A DNA stretch of 63,993 bases, counting the filler, from Trichomonas gallinae (lineage: Eukaryota): assembly GCA_008369845.1 (NCBI GenBank). It is 6 parts of 6 records of this genome, joined end to end, with 100 filler letters (N's around TTAATTAATTAA, not from the genome) between each part and the next. Parts side by side here need not be neighbours in the genome. Positions count along the whole stretch, not along the records: positions 60,479 to 62,510 come from MRSU01000303.1; positions 62,611 to 63,993 come from MRSU01000322.1; 4 more parts are not named here. One strand, given 5' to 3'. The first letter of the stretch is position 1; each line of letters begins with the position of its first letter. Below the pieces are notes generated by a model that did not search any database, was not told the origin of the DNA, and saw nothing but the letters and a program-made list of their open reading frames with translations. This document shows, piece after piece, positions 62,259-63,993 of the stretch. A program made the position numbers and the translations under genes.

Positions 62259-62510
62259 TTAAGGGATGGCTCAACCGTTTTTTTTCTCGGGCCTAAAAAA
62301 CAGGGTCTATCAGCCCCCATGTTTGCTTTAGTACGTCCAACAAAGTAAAGATATGATGTACACTTCATTCTCTAGATGCCCAGATACATAAAAGTTGAAT
62401 TAAATGAATTTTAAATTTTCGTAATCGATTGAAATTTTCATAAAAACTCAATTTTGCAGCTTATCTCTCTGTTGGATATTTCCAGTAGTAAAATAGATCA
62501 TATATGTAAT
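62259..62510. mobile_element. Putative left end of a TTAA-flanked (Kolobok-like) DNA element
   Basis: Starts TTAA|GGGATGGCTC, 12/14 identical to the reverse complement of 60722-60735, and runs to the contig edge. Confidence 0.35.
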
Positions 62511-62610
62511 NNNNNNNNNNNNNNNNNNNNNNNNNNNNNNNNNNNNNNNNNNNNTTAATTAATTAANNNNNNNNNNNNNNNNNNNNNNNNNNNNNNNNNN
62601 NNNNNNNNNN
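62511..62610. other. Artificial contig spacer
   Basis: N44-TTAATTAATTAA-N44. Confidence 0.97.
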
Positions 62611-62701
62611 ATATCATTAAATTATTATATTTATATGAAATTTAATTTTTTATTTTTTGTTGGAGATTTTATAAATACTGGATTTTTTTTTCAAAATTTT
62701 C
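62611..62701. repeat. Inverted repeat, left copy (at least 91 bp; may extend into the gap)
   Basis: ATATCATTAAATTATTATATTTATATG...GGATTTTTTTTTCAAAATTTTC. Confidence 0.92.
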
Positions 62702-62710
62702 ATGTTTTTT

Positions 62711-63851
62711 TTAAAATAAAGGATATTCAATCCCATCAACAAACCATGTTGGTTCGAATGCTGAATTCCACATCATTGTTTCGTCTTTCAGCATTTGAGC
62801 TGGGGTAAAATTAACTCCTGTGTTTTCATTAATTGGCAATTCTGGATGGGGGCGATTATTATAAGTTAACACCCACGTTCTCATTTGCTCTCGAACTGAT
62901 GTGTGTTGTTCGGCGCCTGGCCACCAGCGCTCAATCTTTCCGTTTGCGCGAGGGTTTCCTGGCCGTATATGAATAAGATTAATTTCGAGTCGTTCAATGT
63001 TTTCTGCGAACACCCCAGCATTTTCCAGCCCATTGTCGAGCCAGAAAGCTGCAGGTGTGATTCCATATCTCTTTAAGCATCGATTAGCTACCGTCCACGT
63101 ATTCTGAGCGGTTTTGTGACGGAAAAACTGAAAATCAAGAAGATAACGACTACGGTCATCAACGATACCATATAGGTAGTTTTCATTCTCGCCATGATAG
63201 TAGTGGATATCCGCATGAAGGATTTCCAAGTTATACTTGGCGATATAGCGTTTAATATGTTCTTGTTGGACTTCAACTTCTTGATTTTTATCTTCTTCAG
63301 GATATATTTTTTAACAACTTTCCTCACCATATTATATGATACTGTTTTGACTTCCGGATCTAAGTATAATGTTGATCTCACTTCTGCGTCGATAATACCC
63401 TCAAGACTAAATTTTGGTAAGTTAGAAACAGTTGGTGGTAAATTTGTGTTATGCATGGTATCAGCAATAGTTTGTGGATCATCTGGATCTAGATATTCAC
63501 GTAATTCATTGTATTTGTTCCTATTTTCTTGAATCACAATATAATATCATTTTTGATTTTTTTCGTTGTTCCAGCAATTCCCATTCTTTTGTTGATTTGA
63601 TGTATATTATGAATACTTTTTTCAACATTGGGATCAATATCAACCTTTCTCCTACCTTTCTTTGGAGTAAGGACATTAGAATTAAAAGCGCACGCATGTT
63701 TGAACATTTATTTACTAATAGATGGAAGTATTCCATTAGTAGTTGGAACATTCACTAATACTAGCTTATATGATGTCCCATGATTTATTTATTGTGCTGC
63801 AGCTCTAAGCCAATCCACATTGATGTGATGGTAAGTGATTCTTTGTGACAT
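62711..63851 (-). pseudogene. Disrupted transposase (~380 codons)
   Basis: ATG at 63851 with Inr TCATT upstream. In-frame TAA at 63789-63791 and 63708-63710; -1 frame changes near 63537-63548 and at the A6 run 63307-63312. The DDE core is intact to TAA at 62711. Confidence 0.8.
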
Positions 63852-63903
63852 AGATAAAAATGAAAATATTGAAGGAAAATATAATTGAATCAAAAGAAAC
63901 CAC

Positions 63904-63993
63904 GAAAATTTTGAAAAAAAATCCAGTATTTATAAAATCTCCAACAAAAAATAAAAAATTAAATTTCATATAAATATAATAATTTAATGATAT
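63904..63993. repeat. Inverted repeat, right copy (at least 90 bp; reaches the window end)
   Basis: Exact reverse complement of 62611-62701 except 8 versus 9 nt in one homopolymer. Confidence 0.92.

Larger units (their letters stand above)
62611..63993 (-). mobile_element. IS481-like (IS481EU-type) DDE DNA transposon bounded by long terminal inverted repeats
   Basis: 62611-62701 and 63904-63993 are reverse complements (one homopolymer indel). The internal rve integrase core reads RYIAKY..ILHAD, GIVDDRSR, LDNGLE, RPGNPRANGKIERWW, YNNRPH. Confidence 0.85.

Noticed and set aside
63300..63320. IS3-style programmed -1 frameshift at the A6 run joining an orfA to the integrase frame
   Set aside because: The heptamer (T AAA AAA) is non-canonical, and the gene has another frameshift and two stops. 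A one-base homopolymer deletion or sequencing error is simpler.
63708..63791. In-frame TAA codons read as Gln (alternative genetic code), also considered for the TAA upstream of CTU2
   Set aside because: Many intact genes here, and the transposase itself, terminate at TAA; long ORFs contain no internal TAA/TAG.
60479..63993. Protease plus integrase as a Maverick/Polinton fragment
   Set aside because: They are on separate contigs. The integrase has its own TIRs and IS481-like motifs, and no polB, packaging ATPase or capsid gene is present.

Overview
AT-rich, gene-dense, apparently intron-less eukaryotic DNA from a Trichomonas-like parabasalid. Evidence: TCA(C/T)(T/A) Inr elements, M2/M3/M5-like promoter motifs, PPDK, ankyrin-rich genes and a C-terminal CCLLI motif. 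The window is six contigs joined by five artificial 100-nt spacers (N44-TTAATTAATTAA-N44), so adjacency across spacers is unproven. It holds about 23 protein genes, including two ankyrin proteins, a Hydin-like protein, partial eL42 (missed by the ORF track), a tetraspanin, a SUN-like protein, an inactive papain-like protein, FPGS, an SCP/NIF phosphatase, a karyopherin, CTU2, a CHD-FYR remodeller, MPI and partial PPDK. The last two short contigs are the most unusual. One carries a clan-CE (Ulp1/adenain-like) protease gene with a 26-Cys insert beside the catalytic His, tightly bracketed by two outward-facing TTAA|GGG..GGCTC putative transposon ends, which may be a composite cargo-carrying element. 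The other is a TIR-bounded IS481-like DDE transposon with a decayed transposase. Other points of interest: an 85-nt pre-miRNA-like intergenic hairpin, tandemly multiplied promoter motifs, a GTG-only start for CTU2, and several candidate pseudoenzymes. All family assignments come from recognising motifs by eye; no database searches were run.
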